A DNA stretch of 64,000 nt from Candidatus Poribacteria bacterium. GTDB lineage: Bacteria > Poribacteria > WGA-4E > WGA-3G. Position numbers and translations under genes: made by a program. Positions 10,329 to 20,183 of the stretch are shown piece by piece (position 1 is the first letter of the stretch; each line of letters begins with the position of its first letter). The DNA lies in assembly GCA_965214095.1 (NCBI GenBank), contig OZ243938.1, positions 3,520,001 to 3,584,000 on the forward strand. The letters run 5' to 3'. Below the pieces are notes generated by a model, which was not told the origin of the DNA, searched no databases, and saw nothing but the letters and a program-made list of their open reading frames with translations.

Positions 10329-10832
10329 ATGTTAAAAGACCTCTTCAGCAACCGCCTTTTTATCGGTGCATTAGCGTTTTCTGTTTTCTGCTTTGTAGGT
10401 TCTCTGCTGTATATGCAGCATGTTGAACATCAAAGCGCGAAAGAGTTAGCCGAGACGTTGAAACACATTGAGCAAAGGAACGAGTTACAGAATCAACAAC
10501 CGATCATGGCAGCACCTGTTGTTGAACCACCACCCCACAAGCAATACACCAAAGGCTCGGTCAACCCAGGACCGTTTAAGAATGTTGTTCCTGTAGACCT
10601 TTCGGACTTTGAAGCCACGAAAGCCTTGATGATAGAGAGCGTCAATTTCGTCAAGGAGAACTGGGATCCGAAAGTGTTTAATCTTGAAGTGCGCGTAGCG
10701 AGACTTCACATATTCAACATTTCATCGTATGCGGATTCGATGTTTTGTTTCTATACGCCTGAACAGCGTGAAGAAATCAGCGCGTTACGCTTTAGCCTTT
10801 TGGATGTTTTCAAAGGCATTGACCGCAAGTAG
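10329..10832 (+). CDS. Hypothetical protein with N-terminal membrane anchor
   Basis: RBS AGAGGAG, hydrophobic N-terminal helix, 167 aa ORF. Confidence 0.6.
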   Translation: MLKDLFSNRLFIGALAFSVFCFVGSLLYMQHVEHQSAKELAETLKHIEQRNELQNQQPIMAAPVVEPPPHKQYTKGSVNPGPFKNVVPVDLSDFEATKALMIESVNFVKENWDPKVFNLEVRVARLHIFNISSYADSMFCFYTPEQREEISALRFSLLDVFKGIDRK

Positions 10833-10865
10833 GGTGAGACGCGCACCGTGGGTATTTATTAGAAA

Positions 10866-12065
10866 ATGCTATCACAGAAAACAAAAAACATACTCCATCT
10901 CAGTCTAATTCAAGGTGTAGGACCAAAATCCGCGCAATTCTTAATCGATATATTGGGCAGTGCGGAAAAAGTGTTAAATGCTACTCCATCAGAATTAAAG
11001 AAGTTTGATGGAGTTTCAACCAAACTACAAAATTGTTTGGTGCAGAAAAAACTTGGATGTCCATTAGAACGCGAATTGGAGTTGATAGATGAATTCGGTT
11101 GTCAGATCATCACTTACTATGATGCTGCATATCCAGCACTTTTGAAAGAAATTGACACACCACCTTTAATACTCTATGTCAGAGGTGAGTTGAAACCAGA
11201 GGATAATCTCAGCATAGCAATTGTCGGTTCCCGCAATGCGAAGGATTATGGACGACGAGTCAGTTATCAATTGGCACACCAACTCGTAAACCGTGGTATG
11301 ACAGTGGTAAGTGGTTTTGCTAAGGGGATTGATACGTGTGCACACCGCGGTGCATCTGAAGCAGGTGGTAGAACTATTGCAGTTTTAGGAAATGGACTCA
11401 GTCTCATCTATCCTGCGGGGAATAAGGAATTGGTTGATAAAGTTGTTGAATCGGGTGCATTAATTTCTGAATTTCCAATGGGCATGAAACCTATGGCAGA
11501 GAATTTCCCCAGACGCAACCGAATTATCAGCGGACTATCCATCGGAATCGTTGTCGTTGAAGCATCAAATCGGAGTGGTGCACTTATTACAGCAAGGCTT
11601 GCAAGCGAGCAAGGTAGAGAAGTGTTTGCTGTTCCAGGAGAAATCTTTTCTGAATTATCAACGGGTACACATAGTTTGATAGACAACGGAGCAAAACTGA
11701 TCAGCACTGTGGATGATTTGATAGACGCACTACCGCCGCATACTATTCGTCAAATGACTGCATCCAGACCAGCGACATCACAACAGAAAAACAGAGAAGT
11801 CTTCCAAGTTCCTGAAGTTGGCAAGAATGAAACGAAACCTATAGAAAAAACACCTGAACAGACTTTGCCTGTAACACCACCACCTGATTTAACGGTTGAT
11901 GAAAAAACGATTTACGATGCAATTGAAATACCATCATCACACATTGATACTATTGTGCGAACTACACAGTTGTCTATCAGTCAAGTGTCAAGCGTTCTCT
12001 TGATGTTAGAACTCAAAGGTGTTATTCAGCAATTACCCGGTAAACTCTTCGCCAAAACGACTTAA
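10866..12065 (+). CDS. dprA: DNA-processing protein DprA
   Basis: IAIVGSR, VVSGFAKGID, FPRRNRIISGLS, VVEA..SGALITA, C-terminal winged helix LLMLELKG. Confidence 0.95.
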   Translation: MLSQKTKNILHLSLIQGVGPKSAQFLIDILGSAEKVLNATPSELKKFDGVSTKLQNCLVQKKLGCPLERELELIDEFGCQIITYYDAAYPALLKEIDTPPLILYVRGELKPEDNLSIAIVGSRNAKDYGRRVSYQLAHQLVNRGMTVVSGFAKGIDTCAHRGASEAGGRTIAVLGNGLSLIYPAGNKELVDKVVESGALISEFPMGMKPMAENFPRRNRIISGLSIGIVVVEASNRSGALITARLASEQGREVFAVPGEIFSELSTGTHSLIDNGAKLISTVDDLIDALPPHTIRQMTASRPATSQQKNREVFQVPEVGKNETKPIEKTPEQTLPVTPPPDLTVDEKTIYDAIEIPSSHIDTIVRTTQLSISQVSSVLLMLELKGVIQQLPGKLFAKTT

Positions 12066-12078
12066 GAAGGATTAATTT

Positions 12079-13050
12079 GTGAATTCAACAGAATTAGATT
12101 TTGAAAAACCTTTAATTGAATTAGAACGTCACCTCTCACAATTGGATGTTTTTACGGAAGAACATCCAGAGTTAGACCTGACAGAGGGAATTGCTGCGCT
12201 CAAACAGAATGCAGACACGTTGACAAAACAGACGTTCCAAAAACTGAGTCGATGGGACAAAGTGCGATTAGCACGGCACGCACAACGACCTCAAGCTTCC
12301 CTATATATAGACTCACTTCTTGATGACCCTGTTGAACTCCGCAGCGATAAGTTATACGGGGATGACAGAGCACTCATCGGTGGTTTCGCTTGGTTTGATG
12401 AACAACCCATCGTCTACCTTGCACAGCAGAAAGGTACAAACCTTCAAGAACGTCAAGCAATGAACTTCGGATATACACATCCTGAGGGATATAGAAAAGC
12501 AAGACGTTTGATGCAGTTGGCAAATAAGTTTAACCGTCCACTTCTCTGTTTTGTTGATACACCAGGCGCACATTTCGATCTCCGTTCTGAGGAATATGGT
12601 CAAGCGGCTGCTATCGCTGATAATCTTGCAGAGATGATGCAAATGCGTGTCCCAATTCTCGTAGTTATAATAGGTGAAGGTGGTAGTGGTGGTGCATTAG
12701 CAATAGCAGTCGGTAATCGCGTTTTGATGATGGAATATGCAGTCTACTGCGTCGCCCCACCCGAAGCGTGTAGCGGTATCGTATGGAAAGACAAAGGGGA
12801 ACACGCACCTGAAGCAACAGAAGGCTATAAACCCACAGCCCCTGATCTACTGAAGTTAGACATCATTGACCAAATAATAAAAGAACCTCTTGGTGGTGCA
12901 CATAGAGACCCAGAAGCCGCTGTCCGTAACGTCAAACGGGCAATCAAGAAGCACCTTACAGAATTACTACAGATGTCTGACAAACAACTGATACAACAAC
13001 GTTATGAACGCTATCGGAATCTCGGACTTTATGGTGAAGATGACTCCTAA
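12079..13050 (+). CDS. accA: Acetyl-CoA carboxylase carboxyltransferase alpha subunit
   Basis: LDFEKPL, PEGYRKARRLM, FVDTPGA, IGEGGSGGALA, EPLGGAHRD. Confidence 0.95.
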   Translation: MNSTELDFEKPLIELERHLSQLDVFTEEHPELDLTEGIAALKQNADTLTKQTFQKLSRWDKVRLARHAQRPQASLYIDSLLDDPVELRSDKLYGDDRALIGGFAWFDEQPIVYLAQQKGTNLQERQAMNFGYTHPEGYRKARRLMQLANKFNRPLLCFVDTPGAHFDLRSEEYGQAAAIADNLAEMMQMRVPILVVIIGEGGSGGALAIAVGNRVLMMEYAVYCVAPPEACSGIVWKDKGEHAPEATEGYKPTAPDLLKLDIIDQIIKEPLGGAHRDPEAAVRNVKRAIKKHLTELLQMSDKQLIQQRYERYRNLGLYGEDDS

Positions 13051-13147
13051 TATGATTATTGAGAATTAAACAAATAATCTGCTATATAAAACTAAACACA
13101 TACTTTACATAATGAAATCTCAAAATACAGAAAAATGAAAACAATAA

Positions 13148-14278
13148 ATGAAAATACGCACAATTACCACAGGCATTCCGTTTCCCTTCTCTACATACCA
13201 ACTTCAACGGGCATCCGAATTTAACACTACATGCCGAACACACTTTGAAACGGACAGATACGAAGTCCAAACCACACGTGTAAGCAGTCAAATCTGGGAT
13301 GAAGCACGAAATGTAAACTCAATCCTTGCGTTAGAATCCGATGCACAAGCATTAGGAATCGAGTTCCTTAGTTTAGGCACAATCTCACCAAATAAACGCC
13401 ACACCGAAACCCATCTTGCACAGGTCGCAGATGTGATTGTTCAAAGTGAGATTCTCTTTGCCACCGTCACCTTGACAACGCAATCGGGACGTTTAGTCTC
13501 TGGTGTGGCTGAAAAGACCGCAGACATTATTCGTCAAATTGCACACCGAACCGATGATGGTTACGGAAATCTCCGCTTCGCAGCACTGATGAACTGTCCA
13601 CCGAATACCCCTTTCTTCCCTGCTGCATACTGGCACGACACCCGAACGAATTTCAGTATCGGATGGCAAGCGATTGACTTTGTGCAGGATGCTTTCGCTG
13701 ATGCCACGAATTTAGAATCTGGTTTGCAAAACCTGAAAGACATTATGGAAACAGAAGGACAAAAACTTGTTGCTCTTGCAGAAACGATAGGAAAAGAATG
13801 GGGGATCAAGTTTATCGGTTTAGATGTTTCTCTCGCGCCGATGGGTGATGACAGCATCGCTTATGCTATGGAACAACAACTCCCCGGTTGCTTTGGTGAC
13901 AGTGGCACATTGACAGTCGCTGCAGGTTTGACGCGAACACTGAAATCACTTTCACTCCCTCTCTGCGGATATTCTGGATTGATGCTCCCGGTGCTTGAAG
14001 ATGTCGGACTCGGAAAGCGCAGCGAAGAGTGTTATTTCAATTTAGACAGTCTCCTGCTCTATTCTTCTGTATGTGGAACCGGCCTGGACACGATCCCCAT
14101 TCCCGGTGATGCCACCACAGAACAGATCGCTGCTATTTTGACTGACGTTGCCACCCTTTCTGTGCAGCTCAACAAACCATTGTCTGTCCGCCTTTTTCCA
14201 GTTCCCGGACTGAAGGCGGGTGACATAACGCAGTTCGATTCCCCTTATCTTACAAATACTGCTGTTATGCAGATATAG
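13148..14278 (+). CDS. DUF711 (UPF0210/PFL-like) family protein
   Basis: MKIRTIT, PFFPA, GYSGLMLPVLED, SSVCGTGLDTIPIPGD, KPLSVRLFPVPG. Confidence 0.8.
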   Translation: MKIRTITTGIPFPFSTYQLQRASEFNTTCRTHFETDRYEVQTTRVSSQIWDEARNVNSILALESDAQALGIEFLSLGTISPNKRHTETHLAQVADVIVQSEILFATVTLTTQSGRLVSGVAEKTADIIRQIAHRTDDGYGNLRFAALMNCPPNTPFFPAAYWHDTRTNFSIGWQAIDFVQDAFADATNLESGLQNLKDIMETEGQKLVALAETIGKEWGIKFIGLDVSLAPMGDDSIAYAMEQQLPGCFGDSGTLTVAAGLTRTLKSLSLPLCGYSGLMLPVLEDVGLGKRSEECYFNLDSLLLYSSVCGTGLDTIPIPGDATTEQIAAILTDVATLSVQLNKPLSVRLFPVPGLKAGDITQFDSPYLTNTAVMQI

Positions 14279-14291
14279 AGTGCAAGTCGTA

Positions 14292-14394
14292 TATGGTAAA
14301 TTATTGAATTAATTCTACACATTGCTTTGGTGAGGTTAGGAAGCCTCGCCTACCGTTGATAGAAAGTGTAGAGATAATTTTATACTTCACCGTA
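14292..14394 (-). mobile_element. MITE family A short variant with one REP hairpin
   Basis: Ends TATGGTAAA / CTTCACCGTA; last ~65 bp nearly identical to 28860-28922. Confidence 0.65.
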
Positions 14395-14974
14395 TTTAGC
14401 ACAATTCGCAAAAATAAATGTAAATCATCATTTTACCTTCTATCAATACACTAAAAATCTGACACGCAAAAATTGTATGTCCATGCATATTTTGCTTCTT
14501 CATGCTACATTTTTTGCGTAATTGTGGTTGATAAGGAATTGTGACCGAATCAAGTTTAATTTTATACAAAAATTTTTCATAATATATTTTGATTAATATT
14601 CTTATCTTGATAAACCTAATCAGTATCTGTATTTGTAGCAAAATTCTCGTAAGAGAAGACATCTGGTATTAACGACAATATCACAAGAATTCAGCCATTT
14701 TAATTGTTTTGGCATGAGAATTGATTAAAGCGTTTATATGATTCAGTCAATTAGAAGACTTATAAAATGCACAAAGAGGAAAACTATATAAGAAACATCT
14801 GATTTGATGCATGTAAGTCTTTTACACTATATTTTTTGCATATAAGATAAGTGCACATAACTGTAACATCTGAACGCCACGGCTGAGTGGTACAAGGAGA
14901 AAACTGAGGATCCGTTACCATTTCAGGGACAAGGCAAAATAACACTTGATAGTCCTTCGATTCACTATCATAAC

Positions 14975-15057
14975 CTAAGTTGCCACCTTTGTAGCATAAT
15001 CTGCCAGATTGTGCCTCTAAGTGCCACCTTTGTAGCGTAATCTGCCAGATTGTGCCT
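14975..15057. repeat. Two-copy tandem direct repeat of 42/41 bp upstream of the LamG gene
   Basis: CTAAGT(T)GCCACCTTTGTAGC(A/G)TAATCTGCCAGATTGTGCCT x2. Confidence 0.85.
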
Positions 15058-15133
15058 GATTGAAAACGGTGTTTGCATGCCTAAAAGCTTGTAGGTAGCA
15101 ACTTGAGTTAAAATAACAAACAGGAGGACAGAC

Positions 15134-16024
15134 ATGAAATATCTAATGTCAATGCTAACATACACAATTGTTGGTCTCATGCTAACTTTCAATGCCACTG
15201 CAAGGACTCCCGTAACTGATGGACTGGTGAGTTTTTGGACTCTTGATGAGGACACAATTGTAGGAGATACAATAGAAGATGTTTGGGGTGGAAACAATGC
15301 GACTTCTGTTGGATTACCCAGAACAGTTGATGGTGGACTTGAATTAGATGGAAATGGAGATTTTATCCAATTACCAAATGTTGGTAATTTTGGAAGACAA
15401 ATTGGGGAATATACATTTGAAGTGTGGTTTAAAACGACCAATAAGGAAAAATCAAGTGCGATCTTTAGAATTCTTGAGCACAAGTGTGGAGAACAAGAAA
15501 GAGGCACCGGTATACTTATCAATACTAGATTGGACCCGGATAAGAGACCTAATCACGAAATTAAGACTGAACAAGATTGGTTGTTAATTGAACGCACCTC
15601 AGTAAGAGAAAATGGATGTGGTGGCACCACATCTGGCAGAAAGAAATCTGTATCGGACGGTAAATGGCATCAGATTGTGTTTACAGCACAAACTCTTCCT
15701 GTAAAAGAGTTAGATCAAGAATTAAGGGAGAATTTCAAGGATGGTGACTGCATTCAAAATAAAGTATATCTTGACAGAGAGTTAATAACGGAGCCACTTT
15801 CTTGTTCATTTCCTCCCAATTTCATTGCTCATGTTGAACCTATATTTCTGGGTGCTGAGAATAATATGGGACAACCGTCTCGGTTTTTTGAAGGTATTTT
15901 TCGCGACGTGCGGATATATGATCGTGCTCTAACTGAGAGAGAAATATATCACAATAATGCTCTCAGTGTAGAAGCCGTTCAGAAATTGCCGACAGTATGG
16001 GGTGCATTGAAACGTGGACGTTAG
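15134..16024 (+). CDS. Secreted LamG-like jellyroll protein with C-terminal V-x(3)-K-x(2)-T-x-W-G-x-L-K motif
   Basis: Signal peptide, DGLVSFWTLDE, DGKWHQIV, DVRIYDRAL, tail SVEAVQKLPTVWGALKRGR; RBS AGGAGG. Confidence 0.85.
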   Translation: MKYLMSMLTYTIVGLMLTFNATARTPVTDGLVSFWTLDEDTIVGDTIEDVWGGNNATSVGLPRTVDGGLELDGNGDFIQLPNVGNFGRQIGEYTFEVWFKTTNKEKSSAIFRILEHKCGEQERGTGILINTRLDPDKRPNHEIKTEQDWLLIERTSVRENGCGGTTSGRKKSVSDGKWHQIVFTAQTLPVKELDQELRENFKDGDCIQNKVYLDRELITEPLSCSFPPNFIAHVEPIFLGAENNMGQPSRFFEGIFRDVRIYDRALTEREIYHNNALSVEAVQKLPTVWGALKRGR

Positions 16025-16025
16025 G

Positions 16026-16249
16026 TGCATCATTATGTATCCGCGTTTTCCTATCCGATCCTACATAATGATGCAAATCCAGCAAATCCTGGTTCTGATT
16101 TTATTCTCTGAACCAGGATCGACAGGAGAAGAGACTGAAATATCAAAGTACTAATCAAAAAATAAACATCAACCTTTGAATAGGAAAGTTGGAGTCCCAA
16201 ACTCACAATCCTGGAAATCTACTAATCCTGTGAATCCTGGTTCAGACAA
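16026..16249. repeat. Cluster of palindromes and AATCCTG(GTTCAGA) short repeats
   Basis: 14-bp IR TGCATCATTATGTA/TACATAATGATGCA around a degenerate REP core; AATCCTGGTTCTGA...TCTGAACCAGGAT; AATCCTG x3 at 16208-16249. Confidence 0.6.
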
Positions 16250-16273
16250 AGACGCGCAATCGGCAAATATCGT

Positions 16274-16456
16274 TTACGTTTGCTCTTTGATGTCTTCTGG
16301 TTTCGGTGGCGGCGGATCGTCAAATGGTATGTCTTTTTCAAGTGCTTCCTGTTTCCTACGCTCCCAGTCTGCATACCAAGCATGATAAATCTCGACTTTG
16401 CCTTCGGCTTTCCCTTTATCAAGTGCTTGTTGGATTTTCGCTGTATAACGCAGCAT
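16274..16456 (-). CDS. Small hypothetical protein, possibly the 3' remnant of a degraded gene
   Basis: RBS-like AGGAGGAG, 60 aa; a hydrophobic stretch GYLAMIFVVDVL in another frame just upstream suggests a frameshifted 5' part. Confidence 0.45.
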   Translation of the reverse strand: MLRYTAKIQQALDKGKAEGKVEIYHAWYADWERRKQEALEKDIPFDDPPPPKPEDIKEQT

Positions 16457-16714
16457 AATTTCTCCTCCTAATTCAAAACATCGACAACAAAGATCATCGC
16501 CAGATAACCGATTTGAGCATGTTAATCAACGATTTTTGACTGATGTTGCTAATTCTGGTCATCCTTCAATTTTACAAATACTTGTTCATAATTAGAGATC
16601 AGAACACATATCTGCGTCTAAAGAACCAAATCTCCTTTTTCCCTTGCCAATTGCCACAGCATCTGATAGGATAATAGAAAATATATCACTGTGTTAGGAA
16701 GGTAAATCATTGCA

Positions 16715-18172
16715 ATGGCAGACCAACCCCATGTCTTACTAATTAGCACAGATCATTGGCCCAACTCACTACTCGGTGTCAATGACCATCCAGACATCCA
16801 AACACCAACACTTGACTCACTTGCACGCGCTGGCACGCGTTTTACCAATGGATACAGCGAATGTCCTGTTTGTGTCCCCGCACGTAAAACTTTGATGACA
16901 GGCACAACGACACGCACACACAAAGACCGAGTCTTCAACGATAAAATGGGAATCAACGGACTTCCCACAATTGCACAAACATTTCGGGATGCAGGCTATC
17001 AAGCGTACGCAGTCGGCAAACTACACGTCTATCCGCAACGCGATCGCATCGGTTTTGACGATGTGATATTGGGTGAGGAGGGTAGATTACAATACGGTGT
17101 GATTGACGATTATGAACTCTTTCTCGGAGATAGAGGGTATGCCGGGCAGCAGTTTGCACACGGTATGTGTAACAACGACTATCTCAACCGTCCTTGGCAT
17201 CTCCCTGAAGATTGTCATGTCACCAACTGGAGCACCCAACAGATGGTGCGTCAGATTAAACGGCGCGACCCAACCCGCCCCGGTTTCTGGTTCCTGTCCT
17301 ATTGCCATCCACATCCACCATTAGCACCGCTACAATGTTATATGGATATGTATCAGAATATTGATATTGAAATGCCATATCACGGAGAATGGTCTAAAGA
17401 TACAGACAAACTTCCATTACCGTTAAAGTCACGTCAAATGCAGGATGCGCGCTACAATGAGAATCTAATCCGTTCTGCACGTCAAGCGTTTTACGCACTC
17501 TGCACACAAATTGACCATCAATTGCGACTTGTCATCGGTACATTGCGCGAAGAAGGTTTGTTGAACAACACCATCATTCTGTTCACCTCCGACCACGGTG
17601 ATATGCTTGGAAACCATCGGATGTGGGCAAAACGGCTCTACTACGAAGATTCCGCTAACGTACCAATGCTTCTTGTCGGTGCTGCAGGCGACGACAGAGT
17701 CGGACACAACAGAGTTGACAACCGACTCGTTGGATGGCAAGATGTTATGCCGACACTCCTCCATCTCGCCGGTGTTGACATTCCTGATACTGTGGATGGT
17801 ATGCCGATGGTAGGTGACAATCAACGTGAATGGTTATACGGCGAAGTCGGTTCTGGTAGTAGTGCCACCCGAATGATTCATGAAGGACGTTACAAACTCA
17901 TCTACTATGCTATGGGTAACTACCGACAACTTTTTGATTTGGAAGAAGATCCGAGAGAATTCAACGATCTGTCAGCATCCCCTGAACATGCTGATATACT
18001 TGACAGATTGACGAATTTATTGATTGGTGAACTTTATGGTGGTGATGAAAAATGGGTACAGGATGGTGTACTTGTTGGGTTGCCTGACAAAGAATATCGT
18101 CCATCTGCGAATCGTAGTTTATCTGGGCAGCGCGGGCTGCATTGGCCGCAGGCTCCGTCTACTGGACGTTGA
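16715..18172 (+). CDS. Cytoplasmic formylglycine-dependent sulfatase (choline-sulfatase-like)
   Basis: CPVCVPARKTLMTG (CxPxR), VGKLH, FTSDHGDMLG; no signal peptide. Confidence 0.92.
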   Translation: MADQPHVLLISTDHWPNSLLGVNDHPDIQTPTLDSLARAGTRFTNGYSECPVCVPARKTLMTGTTTRTHKDRVFNDKMGINGLPTIAQTFRDAGYQAYAVGKLHVYPQRDRIGFDDVILGEEGRLQYGVIDDYELFLGDRGYAGQQFAHGMCNNDYLNRPWHLPEDCHVTNWSTQQMVRQIKRRDPTRPGFWFLSYCHPHPPLAPLQCYMDMYQNIDIEMPYHGEWSKDTDKLPLPLKSRQMQDARYNENLIRSARQAFYALCTQIDHQLRLVIGTLREEGLLNNTIILFTSDHGDMLGNHRMWAKRLYYEDSANVPMLLVGAAGDDRVGHNRVDNRLVGWQDVMPTLLHLAGVDIPDTVDGMPMVGDNQREWLYGEVGSGSSATRMIHEGRYKLIYYAMGNYRQLFDLEEDPREFNDLSASPEHADILDRLTNLLIGELYGGDEKWVQDGVLVGLPDKEYRPSANRSLSGQRGLHWPQAPSTGR

Positions 18173-18197
18173 ATGTCTAAACCAAATGTGGTATAAT
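18169..18197 (+). promoter_or_regulatory. Sigma70-type promoter of the hsd operon
   Basis: TTGAAT-N17-TATAAT with extended -10 TG. Confidence 0.6.
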
Positions 18198-18219
18198 TTT
18201 AATAAGACTTACGCACCTG

Positions 18220-18243
18220 GTAGGCGCGGTTTCTAACCGCGCC
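18220..18243 (+). repeat. GTAG-REP hairpin in the hsdM leader
   Basis: GTAGGCGCGGTTTCTAACCGCGCC. Confidence 0.75.
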
Positions 18244-18287
18244 GGACATCTTATGAAATTACCGAAATAAGGCTTTCTAAAAGATTT

Positions 18288-19895
18288 ATGGCAAAAAAGA
18301 AATCAAACACAAATAATAACGGTGCAACACTCGGTTTTGAAGCGACTCTATACCAAGCAGCTGATAAACTTCGTAATAACATGGATGCTGCAGAGTACAA
18401 GCACGTGGTGTTGGGATTGATTTTCCTCAAATATATCTCAGATTCTTTTGAGGAAAAATATAACTTTCTACTGGAAGAATATTCTAGTCCTCAGAGTGAA
18501 TTTTTTGTTGCAGAGGAAACCGACCGTTACACGTATGCGGAGGATAGAGACGAGTACTTGGCAGAGAATATTTTCTATGTACCGAAAGAAGCCCGATGGT
18601 CATATTTACAATCAAATGCTAAACAGCCCAATATTGGCACGTTGATTGATAATGCGATGATTGCAATTGAACAGGAAAATCCACGACTCAAAGGTGTGCT
18701 GCCCAAAAACTACGCACGTCCAGGACTTGACAAACAACGACTCGGTGAACTTGTCGATCTCATCGGTACAATCGGTTTAGGGGAAGAAGAGAATCGCTCA
18801 AAGGATATTCTGGGGAGAGTTTATGAATACTTCCTTGCACGGTTTGCCAGTGCCGAAGGCAAAAGAGGTGGCCAGTTCTATACGCCTCGTTGTGTTGTGC
18901 AGCTGCTCGTTGAGATGCTCGCGCCGTATCAAGGAAGGATTTACGACCCGTGCTGCGGCTCAGGTGGCATGTTTGTTCAGAGTGAAGCATTCGTTGAAGC
19001 ACACGGTGGACAGCGGGATGACATCTCTATCTATGGACAGGAGTCCAACCCAACTACGCGGCAATTGGCACTGATGAACCTTTCTATTCGTGGGATTGAA
19101 GCAAATCTCGGACAGGAACACGCCGACAGTTTTCACGACGATCAGCACCCCGACCTGAAAGTCGACTATATCCTCGCTAATCCACCTTTCAACGATAGCG
19201 ACTGGGGTGGTGACCGATTGCGTGAAGATAAACGTTGGAATTACGGCATTCCTCCTACTGGCAACGCTAACTATGCTTGGGTGCAGCACTTTATCTATCA
19301 CCTCGCGCCAAACGGTATCGCTGGATTTGTGTTAGCAAACGGTTCAATGAGTACAAATACCGCAAACGAAGGTGAAATACGCAAAAACATCGTTGAAGCA
19401 GATTTAGTGGATTGCATGGTCGCGTTACCCGGGCAACTCTTCTATTCCACATCTATTCCTGTCTGTCTCTGGTTTATTGCAAGGAATAAAGAAACACACC
19501 GTTTTCGAAAACGTCCAGGGGAGACACTTTTTATAGACGGTCGTAAGTTAGGGAAGATGATTGACCGCGTACACCGTGAGTTAACTAATTCAGAAATGAC
19601 ACGTATTGCTGAAACCTATCACGCATGGCGCGGCGATGAAGGCGCAGATGAATATGCTGATGTGCCAGGCTTTTGTAAAAGCACTACACTTGCTGAGATT
19701 CAGGAGCACAGTAACGTTCTGACTCCCGGCCGGTACGTCGGGGCAGAGATACAGGAAGAGGATGACGAACTGTTTGAGGACGTTATAGTAGATTTGACTG
19801 AGAAATTAACTAAACAGATGGCAGAAGCGAGACGATTAGATGATGCTATTTGTGAGAATTTGCAAATGCTCGGATTTGAAATGAATAAGAGGTAA
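18288..19895 (+). CDS. hsdM: Type I restriction-modification methyltransferase subunit M
   Basis: [23 protein letters not shown], motif [11 protein letters not shown], motif [15 protein letters not shown]. Confidence 0.97.
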   Translation: MAKKKSNTNNNGATLGFEATLYQAADKLRNNMDAAEYKHVVLGLIFLKYISDSFEEKYNFLLEEYSSPQSEFFVAEETDRYTYAEDRDEYLAENIFYVPKEARWSYLQSNAKQPNIGTLIDNAMIAIEQENPRLKGVLPKNYARPGLDKQRLGELVDLIGTIGLGEEENRSKDILGRVYEYFLARFASAEGKRGGQFYTPRCVVQLLVEMLAPYQGRIYDPCCGSGGMFVQSEAFVEAHGGQRDDISIYGQESNPTTRQLALMNLSIRGIEANLGQEHADSFHDDQHPDLKVDYILANPPFNDSDWGGDRLREDKRWNYGIPPTGNANYAWVQHFIYHLAPNGIAGFVLANGSMSTNTANEGEIRKNIVEADLVDCMVALPGQLFYSTSIPVCLWFIARNKETHRFRKRPGETLFIDGRKLGKMIDRVHRELTNSEMTRIAETYHAWRGDEGADEYADVPGFCKSTTLAEIQEHSNVLTPGRYVGAEIQEEDDELFEDVIVDLTEKLTKQMAEARRLDDAICENLQMLGFEMNKR

Positions 19896-19900
19896 AGATA

Positions 19901-20149
19901 ATGACAGTAAAAGAATTAATGGAATATCTCCAAAAATATCCAGACGATTTACGAGTTGTTGTTAACGGCTATGAAGATGGCTATGACGACATTGCGTCAG
20001 AACGGATTTTCACGAGAAAAATAAAGTTAGATGCCGGAACTCACGACTGGGAAGGAAAACACGGCGATCCACCCTATGAGACCGAAACAACAACTGATGA
20101 TGCCGAAGTTGTAGATGCTTTGGTTTTTCACCGCGTTCCGTATTATTGA
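19901..20149 (+). CDS. Small acidic hypothetical protein between hsdM and hsdS
   Basis: 82 aa, RBS GAGGT, co-oriented and tightly packed in the operon. Confidence 0.7.
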   Translation: MTVKELMEYLQKYPDDLRVVVNGYEDGYDDIASERIFTRKIKLDAGTHDWEGKHGDPPYETETTTDDAEVVDALVFHRVPYY

Positions 20150-20183
20150 AATAGTTTGAGAATATTAACAGTGGTAGATTATA

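Noticed and set aside
14710-14726. Sigma54 promoter TTGGCATGAGAATTGAT
   Set aside because: The -12 position reads GA rather than the near-invariant GC, and it is far from the next gene
14860-14970. c-di-GMP or other riboswitch (GGCAAAA motif)
   Set aside because: I could not build the required paired stems or GNRA tetraloop/receptor by eye; needs cmscan
14975-15057. Mini CRISPR array
   Set aside because: Only two directly adjacent units with no spacer, and no cas genes in the window
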